DNA from: Bacillota bacterium
Lineage (GTDB): Bacteria > Bacillota > DTU025 > MWDF01
Reading direction: 5' to 3'
Assembly: GCA_029565935.1 (NCBI GenBank)
Contig: JAKQNF010000002.1
Location: 67,065 to 131,064 of the forward strand
Length of the DNA stretch: 64,000 nucleotides
Positions 31,158 through 40,783 of this stretch are shown here, piece after piece. The position numbers and the translations under genes are program-made. The first letter of the stretch is position 1; the number at the start of each line of letters is the position of its first letter. The notes under the pieces were generated by a model. The model was not told where the DNA came from. It worked only from the letters and a program-made list of their open reading frames with translations, and searched no databases.

Positions 31158-31182
31158 TCTTCCTTAGGTAAGGAGGTCCGAT

Positions 31183-32232
31183 ATGAGGCTTCTGATAATC
31201 AACCCCGGTTCCACGTCGACCAAGGTCGCCATATTCGAGGACGGCAAGCAGACGGCGGCCGAGACGCTAAGGCACGCGACCGAGCTGATATCCCAGTTCC
31301 CCACGGTATATGACCAGCTGGAATTCAGGACCGCCGCGGTCACGGCGTTTCTGGTATCCTGCGGGAACCCTGCGCTCGACGGGGTCGTCGGCAGGGGAGG
31401 CCTGCTACCGCCCATGCCCAGCGGCGTCTATGAGGTTGACGACGCCCTCGTGGACAAGCTGCGGCATCCGATGGGACAGCACGCTTCGAACCTGGGTGGT
31501 CTTATAGCGAGGAACATAGCCAAGGAAAGAGGGCTCAGGGCCTTCATCGCCGATAGCGTGACGACGGACGAACTGGCCCCTCTGGCAAGATATTCCGGCC
31601 ATCCGATCATCCCGAGGATAAGCATATTCCACGCCCTCAACCAGAAGTCGGTGGCCAGGCGCGCGGCATCGGACATGGGCAGGAGGTACGAGGAGGTCAA
31701 CTTCATAGTCTGCCACCTGGGCGGCGGGGTGAGCGTGGGCGCCCACAAAGCAGGGATGGTGGTGGACGTTGCCAACGCGCTTGACGGCGAGGGCCCTTTC
31801 GCACCCGAGAGGGCGGGCACGCTGCCCATCACCGGGCTCATCGAGCTTTGCTATTCTGGCAGGTACACGCACGCAGAGGCAAGGAAGCTCCTCACTGGAG
31901 GGGGCGGCTTCGTGGCGCACCTAGGTACCAACTCAGGACAGAAGCTGAGCGAGATGGTGGATGCCGGTGACGAACATGCGATCCTCATCGAGAAGGCTTT
32001 CGTCTACGGCGTGGCCAAGGAGGTCGGCAGGATGGCCGCCGTCTTGGAAGGTCGCGTCGATGCGATATTGATCACCGGCGGCCTGGCGTATTCGGCCAGG
32101 ATCTGCTCGTTGATAGAAGAGAGGGTCTCTCCCTTGGCCAAGGTGCTCAGATACCCCGGCGAGGACGAGATGATGGCCCTTGCCGAAGCAGGGGCTAGGG
32201 CCCTGGGAAAGGCATCTACGAAATCCGTCTGA
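31183..32232 (+). CDS. buk: Butyrate kinase, copy 2 (paralogue of 29156-30238)
   Basis: MRLLIINPGSTSTKVAIF..CHLGGGVSVGA.. It shares about 50% identity with copy 1 by eye. Confidence 0.85.
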   Translation: MRLLIINPGSTSTKVAIFEDGKQTAAETLRHATELISQFPTVYDQLEFRTAAVTAFLVSCGNPALDGVVGRGGLLPPMPSGVYEVDDALVDKLRHPMGQHASNLGGLIARNIAKERGLRAFIADSVTTDELAPLARYSGHPIIPRISIFHALNQKSVARRAASDMGRRYEEVNFIVCHLGGGVSVGAHKAGMVVDVANALDGEGPFAPERAGTLPITGLIELCYSGRYTHAEARKLLTGGGGFVAHLGTNSGQKLSEMVDAGDEHAILIEKAFVYGVAKEVGRMAAVLEGRVDAILITGGLAYSARICSLIEERVSPLAKVLRYPGEDEMMALAEAGARALGKASTKSV

Positions 32233-32245
32233 AAGGAGGTCAGCC

Positions 32246-32455
32246 TTGTTGAAGAAAGTGGTAATCGACGCCGAACGCTGCAAAGGGTGCGAGCTTTGCG
32301 TCAAGTATTGTCCCAAGCAATGCCTTGACATCGCCGATTCGACGAACTCCAAGGGATATCTTCCCGCGTTCCTGGCAAGAGAGGATGACTGCATAAGCTG
32401 CGGCATATGCGGGAGGATGTGTCCTGATTCCGCGATCGAGGTCTTTAAGCCCTGA
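32246..32455 (+). CDS. vorD: 2-oxoacid:ferredoxin oxidoreductase delta subunit (4Fe-4S ferredoxin)
   Basis: Two CxxCxxCxxxCP motifs are present. It is about 70 aa. A TTG start follows the RBS AAAGGAGGT. It is the first gene of a 4-subunit OFOR cluster. Confidence 0.7.
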   Translation: MLKKVVIDAERCKGCELCVKYCPKQCLDIADSTNSKGYLPAFLAREDDCISCGICGRMCPDSAIEVFKP

Positions 32456-32478
32456 ACGACAGAAATCTTAAGGAGGCT

Positions 32479-33552
32479 GTGAAAGTGTCTGAGAGGAAGC
32501 TCTTCAAGGGTAACGAAGCGGTTGCCGAAGCTGCCGTAAGGGCAGGCTGCCGTTACTTCTTCGGCTACCCTATTACTCCTCAGAACGAGATACCCGAATA
32601 CATGTCAAGGAGGCTGCCGGAAGTCGGCGGCTGTTTCCTGCAGGCCGAGAGCGAAGTGGCCGCGATAAACATGGTCTACGGAGCGGCGTCGGCAGGAGCG
32701 CGGGTCATGACTTCATCCTCCAGCCCTGGCATCTCCCTCAAACAGGAGGGGATATCCTACATAGCAGGCTCGCTCCTGTCACCGCTGATTGTGAACATGG
32801 TCCGCGGAGGACCGGGCCTGGGTGACATACAGCCAGCTCAAAGCGATTACTTCCAGGCCACCAAGGGGGGAGGGCACGGCGACTACAGGCTCATAGTCTT
32901 CGCACCGGCCAGCATCCAGGAGATGGTGGACCTGATCTACATATCATTCGAAACCGGTGAGAAGTACAGGATGCCCGTCATGATACTCGCCGATGGCGTG
33001 CTTGGCCAGATGATGGAATCCGTTGAATTCCCAGCGATGAAGGAACCCAAAGACCCCAAATCGTCGGCGTACGGCGTGACAGGCGCGCAAGGAAGGCCCG
33101 CCAGGGTTGTGAAGGCGTTCGACCTGGACCCTGAGCTGATGTACAATCTCAACGAGAAACTCGCAGACACCTGGAAGAAGGCGGAAGAGAGCGAGGTCAG
33201 GGTGGAAGAATACCTGATGGACGACGCAGAGTTCGCTCTGGTCGCCTACGGCACCTCGAGCAGGATATGCCGCTCCGTAGTGGACAAGGCAAGGTCGGAG
33301 GGCGTAAAGCTCGGCCTGATACGGCCCATAACCGTATGGCCTTTCCCGAAGAAGGCCATTGGCAAGGCTGCTGGTAAGGTGCGCGGTTTCTTGACGGTCG
33401 AGATGAGCCTCGGCCAGATGGTGGAGGACGTAAGGCTCGCAGTAGACGGTAAGAAACCAGTTTACCTGCATGCAGTCCCGGGAGGGCTCATCCCGAAGAG
33501 GGACGAGGTGCTCGCCCAGGTCAAATCCATCATCCAGGGGAAGGGGGTCTGA
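32479..33552 (+). CDS. vorA: 2-oxoacid:ferredoxin oxidoreductase alpha subunit (VOR/KOR-type)
   Basis: ..KGNEAVAEAAVRAGCRYFFGYPITPQNEI.. is the OFOR alpha signature. It has a GTG start. Confidence 0.8.
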   Translation: MKVSERKLFKGNEAVAEAAVRAGCRYFFGYPITPQNEIPEYMSRRLPEVGGCFLQAESEVAAINMVYGAASAGARVMTSSSSPGISLKQEGISYIAGSLLSPLIVNMVRGGPGLGDIQPAQSDYFQATKGGGHGDYRLIVFAPASIQEMVDLIYISFETGEKYRMPVMILADGVLGQMMESVEFPAMKEPKDPKSSAYGVTGAQGRPARVVKAFDLDPELMYNLNEKLADTWKKAEESEVRVEEYLMDDAEFALVAYGTSSRICRSVVDKARSEGVKLGLIRPITVWPFPKKAIGKAAGKVRGFLTVEMSLGQMVEDVRLAVDGKKPVYLHAVPGGLIPKRDEVLAQVKSIIQGKGV

Positions 33553-33555
33553 GCG

Positions 33556-34302
33556 ATGCAGGACGTATACAGGACATCAAATAGCCTCACTAAGAACACG
33601 ATGCACTATTGCCCGGGATGTGCCCACGGCATAATCCACAAGCTAGTCGCAGAATCGATTGACGAGCTAGGAATAAGGGAGAAGACGATCGGTGTGGCCC
33701 CCGTGGGCTGCGCTGTCCTCGCCTATAACTACTTCAACATCGACTGCGTGGTGGCCGCGCACGGCAGGGCGCCGGCGATGGCGACCGGGATAAAGAGGGT
33801 GCACCCCGACCGTATTGTGTTCACATACCAAGGCGACGGCGACCTCGCTTCGATAGGAGCCGCCGAGATAGTTCACGCCGCGATGAGGGGCGAGAAGATA
33901 ACCGTGATATTCGTGAACAACGCGATATACGGCATGACCGGAGGCCAGATGGCACCTACGACGCTCGTCGGCCAGAAGACGACCACCTCGCCGTATGGAA
34001 GGCAGGTCGAGCACTGCGGCAGCCCCATAAGGATAGCCGAGATGCTATCGACGATACCTGGCGCCTATTCCGTATCGAGGGTAACGGTGACCACACCGGC
34101 AAACCTCATGAAGGCGAAGAAGACCATCAAGAGGGCCTTCCAGAACCAGATCGACGGCAAGGGCCTGAACATAGTCGAAGTGCTGTCAACATGCCCTACC
34201 AACTGGGGAAGGACACCTTATGAATCGATGCGCTGGGTGGACGAGAACATGGTGCCTTACTACCCCCTCGGAGATTTCAAGGTACCTGAGGAGGCGAAGT
34301 AG
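33556..34302 (+). CDS. vorB: 2-oxoacid:ferredoxin oxidoreductase beta subunit (TPP-binding)
   Basis: ..HYCPGCAHG.., the TPP motif [23 protein letters not shown] are present. Confidence 0.85.
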   Translation: MQDVYRTSNSLTKNTMHYCPGCAHGIIHKLVAESIDELGIREKTIGVAPVGCAVLAYNYFNIDCVVAAHGRAPAMATGIKRVHPDRIVFTYQGDGDLASIGAAEIVHAAMRGEKITVIFVNNAIYGMTGGQMAPTTLVGQKTTTSPYGRQVEHCGSPIRIAEMLSTIPGAYSVSRVTVTTPANLMKAKKTIKRAFQNQIDGKGLNIVEVLSTCPTNWGRTPYESMRWVDENMVPYYPLGDFKVPEEAK

Positions 34303-34839
34303 ATGCAGAAGGAATACATCCTTTCAGGTTTCGGTGGCCAAGGCCTGATGCTGGCCGGCGTACTACTCTCTGAAGCTGGGATATTGGATGGCAAGAACGT
34401 CTCTTGGATACCGTCGTACGGCCCGGAGATGAGAGGAGGCACCGCGAACTGCGCCGTCGTCGTATCAGAGGAGCCCATCGGCTCTCCTATAGTCGACAAC
34501 CCCGACGTCGTAATAGCCATGAACCTGCCCTCCATGGACAAATTCGAGCCCTTGATCAAGAAGGGCGGCCTGATGGTCTTCAACTCTAGCCTGATCAAGA
34601 GCACTCCTAAGAGGGACGACCTCACTTATGTGGCTGTTCCGGCGAACGAGATAGCCGAAAGCCTCGGCAGCGAGAAGGTGGCCAATATGGTCATGCTGGG
34701 AGCGATGCTCAAGGCTGACGGTTGGGTGTCGACCAGCTCGCTCGGTAAAGTAATCGAGAAGAAGATGACCGGCTCGAAGGCCAAGTTCATTCCCATGAAC
34801 ATTGCAGCCATCAAGAAGGGCGAGGAGATAGCAGGATAG
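34303..34839 (+). CDS. vorC: 2-oxoacid:ferredoxin oxidoreductase gamma subunit
   Basis: ..[17 protein letters not shown].. is the gamma-subunit signature. It is 178 aa. Confidence 0.8.
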   Translation: MQKEYILSGFGGQGLMLAGVLLSEAGILDGKNVSWIPSYGPEMRGGTANCAVVVSEEPIGSPIVDNPDVVIAMNLPSMDKFEPLIKKGGLMVFNSSLIKSTPKRDDLTYVAVPANEIAESLGSEKVANMVMLGAMLKADGWVSTSSLGKVIEKKMTGSKAKFIPMNIAAIKKGEEIAG

Positions 34840-34857
34840 GGATAAAGTATCCCGTAA

Positions 34858-34890
34858 CCGGGGTGCGGGCATAGCCCGTGCCCCGGTTTT
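34858..34890 (+). terminator. Rho-independent terminator after the vor cluster
   Basis: The stem CCGGGGTGCGGGC-ATA-GCCCGTGCCCCGG is followed by TTTT. Confidence 0.45.
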
Positions 34891-34907
34891 GATTAGGGGG
34901 GGACGAT

Positions 34908-35492
34908 ATGGAGAAGTGCCCTTGTGCAAGGGAAGCCAAGGAGATCCGTCTTTCTGGATCGACGGTATACAGAGGCAAGATTATGAACGTAGATGAAGAT
35001 TCCGTCTTGCTGCCGTCTGGAAGGACTGCAACAAGGGAAGTAGTCAGGACGAGGGATTCCGTAGCATGCGGCATCTTAGACGACGAAGGCAGGATATGCC
35101 TGGTGAGGCAGTACAGGTATCCGGCCGGGCGCTCTATGTGGGAAATCCCCGCAGGAAGGATTGAACCTGACGAATCACCGGAGGAGGCTGCCATAAGGGA
35201 GGCCGGGGAGGAGACGGGCATGGGCTGCGCCATAGACGGAAAGGTGGCGGGCTTCTTCATAGCGGCGGGATTCGCGAGCGAGTTCATGCACATGTATCTG
35301 ATGCGCATCACAGGCACGTCCGACGCAGTGCCGGATGAGGACGAGGACCTTGTCGCCGTGTTCTTCCGTCCAACGGAGCTTCAAAGCATGATGGACGGTG
35401 GCGTGATAGAGGATTCGAAATCCCTCATATTCATCAACTGGTACTTGAGGAAGATCGGCTATGATGGCTCCGAGCAGCCGGGGATGCTATAA
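34908..35492 (+). CDS. NUDIX hydrolase (ADP-ribose pyrophosphatase-like)
   Basis: The Nudix box is GRIEPDESPEEAAIREAGEETG. It is 194 aa. Its TAA stop lies inside dif-like site 1. Confidence 0.75.
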   Translation: MEKCPCAREAKEIRLSGSTVYRGKIMNVDEDSVLLPSGRTATREVVRTRDSVACGILDDEGRICLVRQYRYPAGRSMWEIPAGRIEPDESPEEAAIREAGEETGMGCAIDGKVAGFFIAAGFASEFMHMYLMRITGTSDAVPDEDEDLVAVFFRPTELQSMMDGGVIEDSKSLIFINWYLRKIGYDGSEQPGML

Positions 35493-35509
35493 TAATTATT
35501 ATGTAAACA
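35482..35509 (+). other. dif-like XerC/XerD core site 1: GGATGCTATAA-TAATTA-TTATGTAAACA
   Basis: The right arm matches the B. subtilis dif XerD arm TTATGTAAACT at 10 of 11 positions. It has an AT-rich 6-bp centre. The left arm ends in ATAA. It is 26/28 identical to site 2. It contains TGcTATAAT and lies 22 nt upstream of the xerD ATG. Confidence 0.5.
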
Positions 35510-35530
35510 ATGCGGGAGGGTGATGAGAGC

Positions 35531-36436
35531 ATGCTTCCGGCAATCGAGGACTTCCTTGGTTTTCTTGCCGTCGAAAGAGGGCTGGCCGAGAACTCCCTCA
35601 CCGCTTACGCGCGGGACCTGGAGGATTATGAGGCATTCCTGAAGGGCAGGGGCGGTACCGGAACCTGCACTGTGGAGATGCTCCTTGCCGCCGACGGCAG
35701 GACGGTGGGGCTTTTCGTCGCCCACCTTTCCGGGAAGGGCCTTGCCGCTTCGAGCACGGCCAGGAAGCTGGCCGCCGTGCGCGGCCTTTACAAGTACCTC
35801 GCAAGGCAGGGGACCGTCAAGGCCGACCCTACGGTGGCGGTCGAATCGGTGAGACAAAAGAGGGCGCTTCCGAAATGCTTGAGCCTCGATGAGACGAAGG
35901 CCCTGTTGAGCTCGTTCGAAGGCAGTAATCCCCGGGATTTAAGGGACCTTGCCATGCTCGAGGTGCTCTACGGATGCGGCCTTAGGGTCAGCGAGCTTGT
36001 GAACTTGAAAGTTGGGGACGTCAACACCGAACACGGCTACGTGAGGTGCGTAGGGAAAGGCTCCAAGGAGAGGATAGTGCCGCTTGGCAGCTACGCTGCG
36101 AGGGCGGTGGACGAGTACATGGCAAAAGGCAGGTCGGAGCTGTGCAACCTCAGGCCGTCGCACTGGCTGTTCGTCACCTTCGACGGCAGCCCTATGAGCC
36201 GCCAGGCCTTCTGGAAGAACCTGAAGAAAAGATGCATGGCGGCAGGCATAGGCTCCGAGGTCAGCCCGCATACGCTAAGGCATTCGTTCGCCACCCACAT
36301 GCTGGAGAACGGCGCCGATCTAAGGGCGGTGCAGGAGATGCTCGGACATGCGGACATCGGCACGACGCAGATATACACGCACCTTACGAAGATAAGGCTA
36401 AGACAAGTGTACGACGAGCACCATCCTAGGTCCTAA
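35531..36436 (+). CDS. xerD: Tyrosine site-specific recombinase XerD (RipX-like)
   Basis: MLPAIEDFLGFLAVERGLAENSLTAYARDL..HTLRHSFATHMLENGADLRAVQEMLGHADIGTTQIYTH are XerD motifs. The RBS GGGAGGG lies upstream. The ORF-track start at 35510 is less likely. Confidence 0.85.
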   Translation: MLPAIEDFLGFLAVERGLAENSLTAYARDLEDYEAFLKGRGGTGTCTVEMLLAADGRTVGLFVAHLSGKGLAASSTARKLAAVRGLYKYLARQGTVKADPTVAVESVRQKRALPKCLSLDETKALLSSFEGSNPRDLRDLAMLEVLYGCGLRVSELVNLKVGDVNTEHGYVRCVGKGSKERIVPLGSYAARAVDEYMAKGRSELCNLRPSHWLFVTFDGSPMSRQAFWKNLKKRCMAAGIGSEVSPHTLRHSFATHMLENGADLRAVQEMLGHADIGTTQIYTHLTKIRLRQVYDEHHPRS

Positions 36437-36456
36437 ACGGGGGAAGGGGAGGACGC

Positions 36457-37659
36457 ATGGCCGGGAAAAGACGCGCCATAATCCTTGTGCTTGACGGCAT
36501 CGGGGCCGGCGAGATGCCCGATGCCGGGCTTTACAAGGATGCCGGCAGCAACACTCTGGCGAACACCGCCATATCGGTGGGGGGATTGGTCATGCCTACT
36601 CTTGCCTCTATGGGAATCGGCAATGCCGTCGCCATGTCCGGATCCAAGGCACCGGGCCTGGATCCCGTGGCTAGACCTATCGCAAGCTGGGGGAGGATGC
36701 TTGAGAAGTCCCCGGGTAAGGATTCGACGACAGGCCATTGGGAGATGGCCGGGATCATCCTGGATAAGCCTTTCCCGCTTTACCCCGAAGGATTCCCAAA
36801 GGAAGTGCTCGATGCCTTCTCTGCGGCGACAGGAAGGGGAGTGCTCTGCAACAGGCCCTATTCGGGCACCGATGTGATAATGGACTACGGAGACGAGCAC
36901 GCAAGAACGGGCAAGCTCATCGTCTATACATCCGGGGATTCGGTATTCCAGATAGCCTCGCACGTGGACGTCGTCCCCTTGGAGGAGCTCTACGAAGCGT
37001 CCGCAATCGCAAGAGGCATCCTCGTCGGCGAACACGAGGTGGGCCGCGTGATCGCAAGGCCCTTTACCGGCAAGAGCGGCGCTTATGTAAGGATCGGAGA
37101 GAAAAGGCGCGATTACGCCGTAGAACCGTCCGTCCCCAACCTTCTGAGCATCGTAAGGGCCGCCGGTATGGACGTGACCGGGTGCGGCAAGATAGACGAC
37201 CTCTTCGCCCATAAGAACGTATCCATATCGAAGCACGTATCCGGAAACAAGGCGACCATGGAAGCGCTGGTGCAGTCCTTGGGAGAGGATCTTCCAGGTC
37301 TCATATTCGCCAACTGCGTGGATTTCGACATGCTATACGGACACAGGAACGACGTGCGCGGCATGGCATCGGCGCTCGAGGAAGTCGACGGGCTCATCGC
37401 TAGCGCGATGGGGCGGATGGGCGACGAGGACCTGCTGATAATAACGGCCGACCACGGAAACGACCCCACCACACCGAGCACCGACCACAGCCGGGAGATG
37501 CCGTTCGTGCTTGTCTGGGGCAGGAAAGTCGATCCGGTACCGCTCGGCACAAGGTCCACCTTCGCCGACGTCGGCGCCACCGCGGCCGGCTGGCTGGGGT
37601 TGGGCTGGGGCCTGCCCGGAACCGACATGATAGGGGCGGAACGGAGGGTTTTGGGATGA
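36457..37659 (+). CDS. deoB: Phosphopentomutase
   Basis: MAGKRRAIILVLDGIGAGEMPDA.. and the metal-binding DHGNDP motif are present. It is 400 aa. Confidence 0.9.
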   Translation: MAGKRRAIILVLDGIGAGEMPDAGLYKDAGSNTLANTAISVGGLVMPTLASMGIGNAVAMSGSKAPGLDPVARPIASWGRMLEKSPGKDSTTGHWEMAGIILDKPFPLYPEGFPKEVLDAFSAATGRGVLCNRPYSGTDVIMDYGDEHARTGKLIVYTSGDSVFQIASHVDVVPLEELYEASAIARGILVGEHEVGRVIARPFTGKSGAYVRIGEKRRDYAVEPSVPNLLSIVRAAGMDVTGCGKIDDLFAHKNVSISKHVSGNKATMEALVQSLGEDLPGLIFANCVDFDMLYGHRNDVRGMASALEEVDGLIASAMGRMGDEDLLIITADHGNDPTTPSTDHSREMPFVLVWGRKVDPVPLGTRSTFADVGATAAGWLGLGWGLPGTDMIGAERRVLG

Positions 37660-38963
37660 TGCTCATCCAGGACATAATCGCGAAGAAGAAGCTGGGTGAA
37701 AGGCTCAGCAGGGAGGAGATAGACTTCTTCGTCGACGGCATAGTCAGCGGCGAGATACCCGATTACCAGACGGCGGCGCTTTTGATGGCCATTTGGATAA
37801 AGGGCATGGATATCCGCGAGACCGTCGATTTGACCATGTCGATGGCAGAATCGGGCGACATGCTCGACCTTTCCGAGATACCTGGCATGAAGCTTGACAA
37901 GCATTCGACGGGGGGCGTGGCGGATACCACGACATTGATATTGGCACCTCTCGTGGCCTCGCTCGGTTTTCCTGTAGCAAAGCTCTCAGGAAGGGGCCTT
38001 GCGCATACCGGCGGCACCTTGGACAAGCTGGAATCCATACCCGGCATGAGGGTCGACCTGACGAAGAGGCAGTTCATAGAACAGGTAAAGGACATAGGTA
38101 TCGCGATTTCCGGCCAGACCGCCGACATCGCGCCGGCCGACAGGATACTCTATGCCCTAAGGGACGTTACCTCGACGACCGACAACATAGCCCTCATCGC
38201 GTCCAGCATCATGAGCAAGAAGCTAGCCTCGGGCGCGGACGCGATAGTGCTCGACGTGAAGACTGGCAGGGGAGCCTTCCTGCCTGACGTAAAAAGCTCG
38301 ACGGAGCTGGCCAGACTCATGGTGGACATAGGCAGGGCGTCAGGAAGGCGCATGGCCGCCGTTGTCACGGACATGGACCAGCCGCTCGGAACGGCCATAG
38401 GCAACGCCCTTGAGGTGATCGAAGCCGCCGAGACGCTCAAGGACCCGAGGCCCTCGAGGCTGCTGGACATAGTGCTTCACCTGGCGGTCCTGATGGTAAG
38501 GTGCGCCGGCGACAGGCGTGACCGGAAGCTCATCGAAGACGATTTGATGAGGGCACTAAGGAGCGGGGCCGCGCTTGACAAGCTGACCCGGATGGTGGAA
38601 CGGCAGGGCGGGGACCCATCCTATGTAGAGGACCCGCGAAAATTCGAGCTGGCAAAGATCGTCAGGCAAGTCACGGCACCCGCCGGTGGCTGGGTCTCGG
38701 GCATCGACGCCCTTGAGCTCGGTAAGGCGTCGGTGATAATCGGCGCCGGGAGGAAGAAGAAGGGGGATCCGGTCGACTTCGGCGTCGGCATAAGCATACG
38801 CAAGCATATCGGTGACACGGTCGATGCGGGCGAGCCTTTCGCCACGATCTATGCGCGGAGCGAAGCCGACGCGGCGAGCGCGGCCGAATCATGCGTAAGG
38901 GCATATTCCTTCTCCGAAGGCAAGGCTAAGGGCCCTCCACTTGTCTATGAGACCATAGAGTGA
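37656..38963 (+). CDS. pdp: Pyrimidine-nucleoside (thymidine) phosphorylase
   Basis: ..IQDIIAKKKLGERLSREEIDFFVDGIVSGEIPDYQTAALLMAIWIKGM..KHSTGGVADTT is PYNP family. It is 435 aa. Confidence 0.88.
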   Translation: MMLIQDIIAKKKLGERLSREEIDFFVDGIVSGEIPDYQTAALLMAIWIKGMDIRETVDLTMSMAESGDMLDLSEIPGMKLDKHSTGGVADTTTLILAPLVASLGFPVAKLSGRGLAHTGGTLDKLESIPGMRVDLTKRQFIEQVKDIGIAISGQTADIAPADRILYALRDVTSTTDNIALIASSIMSKKLASGADAIVLDVKTGRGAFLPDVKSSTELARLMVDIGRASGRRMAAVVTDMDQPLGTAIGNALEVIEAAETLKDPRPSRLLDIVLHLAVLMVRCAGDRRDRKLIEDDLMRALRSGAALDKLTRMVERQGGDPSYVEDPRKFELAKIVRQVTAPAGGWVSGIDALELGKASVIIGAGRKKKGDPVDFGVGISIRKHIGDTVDAGEPFATIYARSEADAASAAESCVRAYSFSEGKAKGPPLVYETIE

Positions 38964-39014
38964 TATACAATTAAAGGCGCTGACATTCGAAATATGCTTA
39001 TCGGAGGATTTCAG

Positions 39015-39995
39015 ATGAAGAAAGGCACGATACTGAGCGGGATGAGGCCGACCGGAAAGCTGCACCTGGGCAACTACCTTACGTTGAGGAACTGGGTGAA
39101 GCTGCAGGAAGTATACAACTGCAATTTCCCGATAGTCGACTGGCATGCTCTTACGACGGGCTACGAGCACACCGAGGAGCTACCTACCATGATAAGGGAG
39201 ATGGCCCTGGACTGGCTCGCCGCTGGAGTGGACCCCGAGAAGTCGACCGTGTTCGTGCAATCGCAGGTGAAACAGCACGCTGAGATGCACCTGCTGCTTT
39301 CGATGGTCACCCCTCTCGGCTGGCTAGAGCGCTGCCCCACCTACAAGGAGCAGCTCAGGCAGATGTCCGACAGGGAGATACAGACATACGGCTTCCTTGG
39401 GTATCCCGTGCTCATGGCTGCTGATATCCTCCTGTACATGGCCGATACCGTGCCGGTCGGGCAGGACCAGCTGCCGCACCTGGAGCTCGCCAGGGAGATG
39501 GCTAGGCGCTTCAACTTCCTGTACGGCGATACCCTGGTCGAGCCGGACGCGCTGCTTAACAACGTGCCATTGCTTCCAGGTACCGATGGAAGGAAGATGA
39601 GCAAGAGCTACGGCAACTACATCGCCCTGTCCGACGAACCTGACACGGTGGCCAAGTCCATATCCCAGATGGTGACAGACCCCGCCAGGATAAGGAAGAC
39701 GGATCCGGGCCATCCCGACATCTGCACGGTATATGCCTATTACTCGGCATTCTTCCCTGAGATGTTAGGTCAGGTGAGGTTGGAGTGCGAAGGCGCCCAG
39801 ATAGGCTGCGTCGCGTGCAAGAAACGCCTTGCGGCCGTGATGATTGAGGCTCTAGCCCCGATACATGAAAAGAGGGTGAAGCTAGCTTCAGATCCTTCGA
39901 CGATTGACGACATCCTCGCAGAAGGCTCGGCGAGGGCGCGCGAGAAGGCCGAGACTACGATGGAGAAGGTAAGGGCGGCGATGCACCTCGCATGA
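39015..39995 (+). CDS. trpS: Tryptophanyl-tRNA synthetase
   Basis: ILSGMRPTGKLHLGNY (HIGH region) and the KMSKS motif are present. The RBS GGAGGATTT lies upstream. The ORF-track start at 38994 is less likely. Confidence 0.88.
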   Translation: MKKGTILSGMRPTGKLHLGNYLTLRNWVKLQEVYNCNFPIVDWHALTTGYEHTEELPTMIREMALDWLAAGVDPEKSTVFVQSQVKQHAEMHLLLSMVTPLGWLERCPTYKEQLRQMSDREIQTYGFLGYPVLMAADILLYMADTVPVGQDQLPHLELAREMARRFNFLYGDTLVEPDALLNNVPLLPGTDGRKMSKSYGNYIALSDEPDTVAKSISQMVTDPARIRKTDPGHPDICTVYAYYSAFFPEMLGQVRLECEGAQIGCVACKKRLAAVMIEALAPIHEKRVKLASDPSTIDDILAEGSARAREKAETTMEKVRAAMHLA

Positions 39996-40783
39996 TTACA
40001 GTCCCGACCCAAGCCGCAAAAGAGGGGCCCGCGGCATTCAACACCGCCGGCTACAGCGGACCGCTGAGCCTACTGCTGGAGCTCATCGAGCAGCGTAAGG
40101 TGGACATCTGTGAAGTGTCGCTGGCGGACATCACAGATGACTATCTCAGGAGGATAAGCGCCCTAGAATGGCCCGACTTGGAGGAATCTTCCAGGTTCCT
40201 GGTGATAGCCGCGACATTGATATTCATCAAGGCAAGGGTATTGATGCCAAAAAGGAAGGACCTTGAGGCCGCCCAGGAGGAAGAGGAAGGCCCCGATCCC
40301 GCCGAGCTGCTGGTCGACAGGCTAAGGGCGTACAAGCTGTTCAGGGACGCCGCCAGGAAGTTTAAGGTCCTAGAGGCGGAAGCTTCGAGGATGTACGGAC
40401 GCGGCAGGTACGAGCAGCTGGGGGTCAGATGGCAGGGAAATCCCCTCGAGGGGGTCCTTGCGGATGACTTCTGGGAGATAATCCAAAGGCTCGAGGACAG
40501 GAACAAGGAAGCTGAGATCGCTGCGCCCTATGAGGAGACGCCGCTGGCGGATTTCATGAACTCCCTGCTTGGCGCACTCAAGAACAAGAAGAGCGAGGAT
40601 TTCATAAAGGCGCTCGGCGCCGTTAAGGACATGGGTGCTGTGATCGGGAGCCTGCTGGCCCTCCTGGAGCTGGCGAAGATGGGGATAATCACGATAAGCC
40701 AGGCATCGACGGACGGGCCTATATGGATGGCCTGGAGGGAGGAGGCGCAAGATGGACCTGTTGCGGATGAAAGCTCTGATTGA
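39992..40783 (+). CDS. scpA: Segregation and condensation protein A
   Basis: ..FNTAGYSGPLSLLLELIEQRKVDICEVSLADITDDYL.. is the ScpA signature. Confidence 0.8.
   Translation: MITVPTQAAKEGPAAFNTAGYSGPLSLLLELIEQRKVDICEVSLADITDDYLRRISALEWPDLEESSRFLVIAATLIFIKARVLMPKRKDLEAAQEEEEGPDPAELLVDRLRAYKLFRDAARKFKVLEAEASRMYGRGRYEQLGVRWQGNPLEGVLADDFWEIIQRLEDRNKEAEIAAPYEETPLADFMNSLLGALKNKKSEDFIKALGAVKDMGAVIGSLLALLELAKMGIITISQASTDGPIWMAWREEAQDGPVADESSD

Noticed and set aside
35486-35508. The repeated 25-nt motif read simply as a sigma-A promoter (TGcTATAAT)
   Set aside because: A promoter reading does not explain the exact 11-nt TTATGTAAAC(T) match to the dif XerD arm recurring three times with dif-like architecture. 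The promoter overlap is kept as a secondary hypothesis (xerD autoregulation).
38964-39014. T-box or leader riboswitch upstream of trpS, and likewise before proS
   Set aside because: The intergenic spacers are about 50 nt and 0 nt. That is far too short for a T-box leader, so the genes are read through from upstream.
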